Shown here: one piece after another, positions 24,678 through 25,035 of the stretch
Numbering within the stretch: the stretch's first letter is position 1
How the letters are laid out: every line of letters starts with the position of its first letter
From: a virus
Taxonomy: Duplodnaviria; Caudoviricetes
DNA length: 25,035 nt
Direction: 5' to 3' (one strand)
IMG/VR virus record: IMGVR_UViG_3300020045_003119
Coordinates: 1 to 25,035 of that record
The notes under the pieces: generated by a model
Told to the model about the DNA's origin: nothing
Database searches by the model: none
Seen by the model: only the letters and a program-made list of their open reading frames with translations
Made by a program: the position numbers and the translations under genes

Positions 24678-24980
24678 TCAGTTATGTTTATTAGTAAAAA
24701 ACCAAAGAAAAAAAGCTACAATTGCACCGCCAATAGTTCGGCTAGTCCATTTAATTGTGCTTAATTTTTCATCGGCTAACGCTTGTTTTTTTTCAACTTC
24801 TTTTAATCTTGAATCCATTGAATCCAATTGATTAACCAATCCTTTATTTCCGTTTAAATTACTGCCTACTAAAGTATTTTTAATATCGATTAATAAATCG
24901 CCTTGCTTTTCATCGTTTAGCTTTAAATTATGTAAATGCTGTTCGATACGGTCTAGTCTTTCATTCTCGATATTACTCAT
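24678..24980 (-). CDS. Holin-like/XhlA-like protein (coiled coil plus C-terminal TM)
   Basis: Coiled-coil N-terminus, NGNKGLV motif and single C-terminal TM, upstream of the endolysin. Confidence 0.5.
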   Translation of the reverse strand: MSNIENERLDRIEQHLHNLKLNDEKQGDLLIDIKNTLVGSNLNGNKGLVNQLDSMDSRLKEVEKKQALADEKLSTIKWTSRTIGGAIVAFFLWFFTNKHN

Positions 24981-25035
24981 TTTAAATTGGCGTTTATGGA
25001 TGACAGTACGGTTTCAACAATAATAAAAAAGTATA

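Noticed and set aside
24455-24694. Plus-strand 79-aa ORF in the lysis region
   Set aside because: The opposite strand holds two tightly coupled small ORFs (24565-24675 and 24442-24561) that fit the operon direction.

Overview
AT-rich segment of a tailed phage or prophage of a Bacteroidetes (probably Flavobacteriaceae) host. The host call rests on repeated TAnnTTTG -7 promoter boxes and typical gene families. Nearly all phage genes are on the minus strand. In transcription order (right to left) they are: a lysis module (holin-like protein, M15 peptidase endolysin); a tRNA operon; a u-spanin-like lipoprotein and small early genes; recombination and replication genes (Sak/Rad52-like annealase, YqaJ exonuclease, SSB-like protein, HTH protein, primase-VapE helicase, iteron origin, SF2 helicase, VRR-NUC); an ECF-like sigma factor; TerS and TerL; and virion genes, one with a likely -1 frameshift. 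A complete 3,684-bp IS1595-family element (19950-23633, 23-bp IRs, 8-bp TSD) with passenger genes sits in this region. Removing the IS in silico restores a candidate new system. A Bacteroidetes promoter drives a leaderless 22-aa leader peptide whose only C-starting codons (CTT, CAA, CGC, CCG, CAT) match one-to-one the five downstream phage tRNAs (Leu-TAG, Gln-TTG, Arg-ACG, Pro-TGG, His-GTG). A competing antiterminator/terminator pair lies between the leader and the tRNAs. All five tRNAs have G36 and A37, so they do not need m1G37. The array also holds a circularly permuted tRNA-like element with no anticodon loop. All calls were read by eye; no database searches or folding programs were run.
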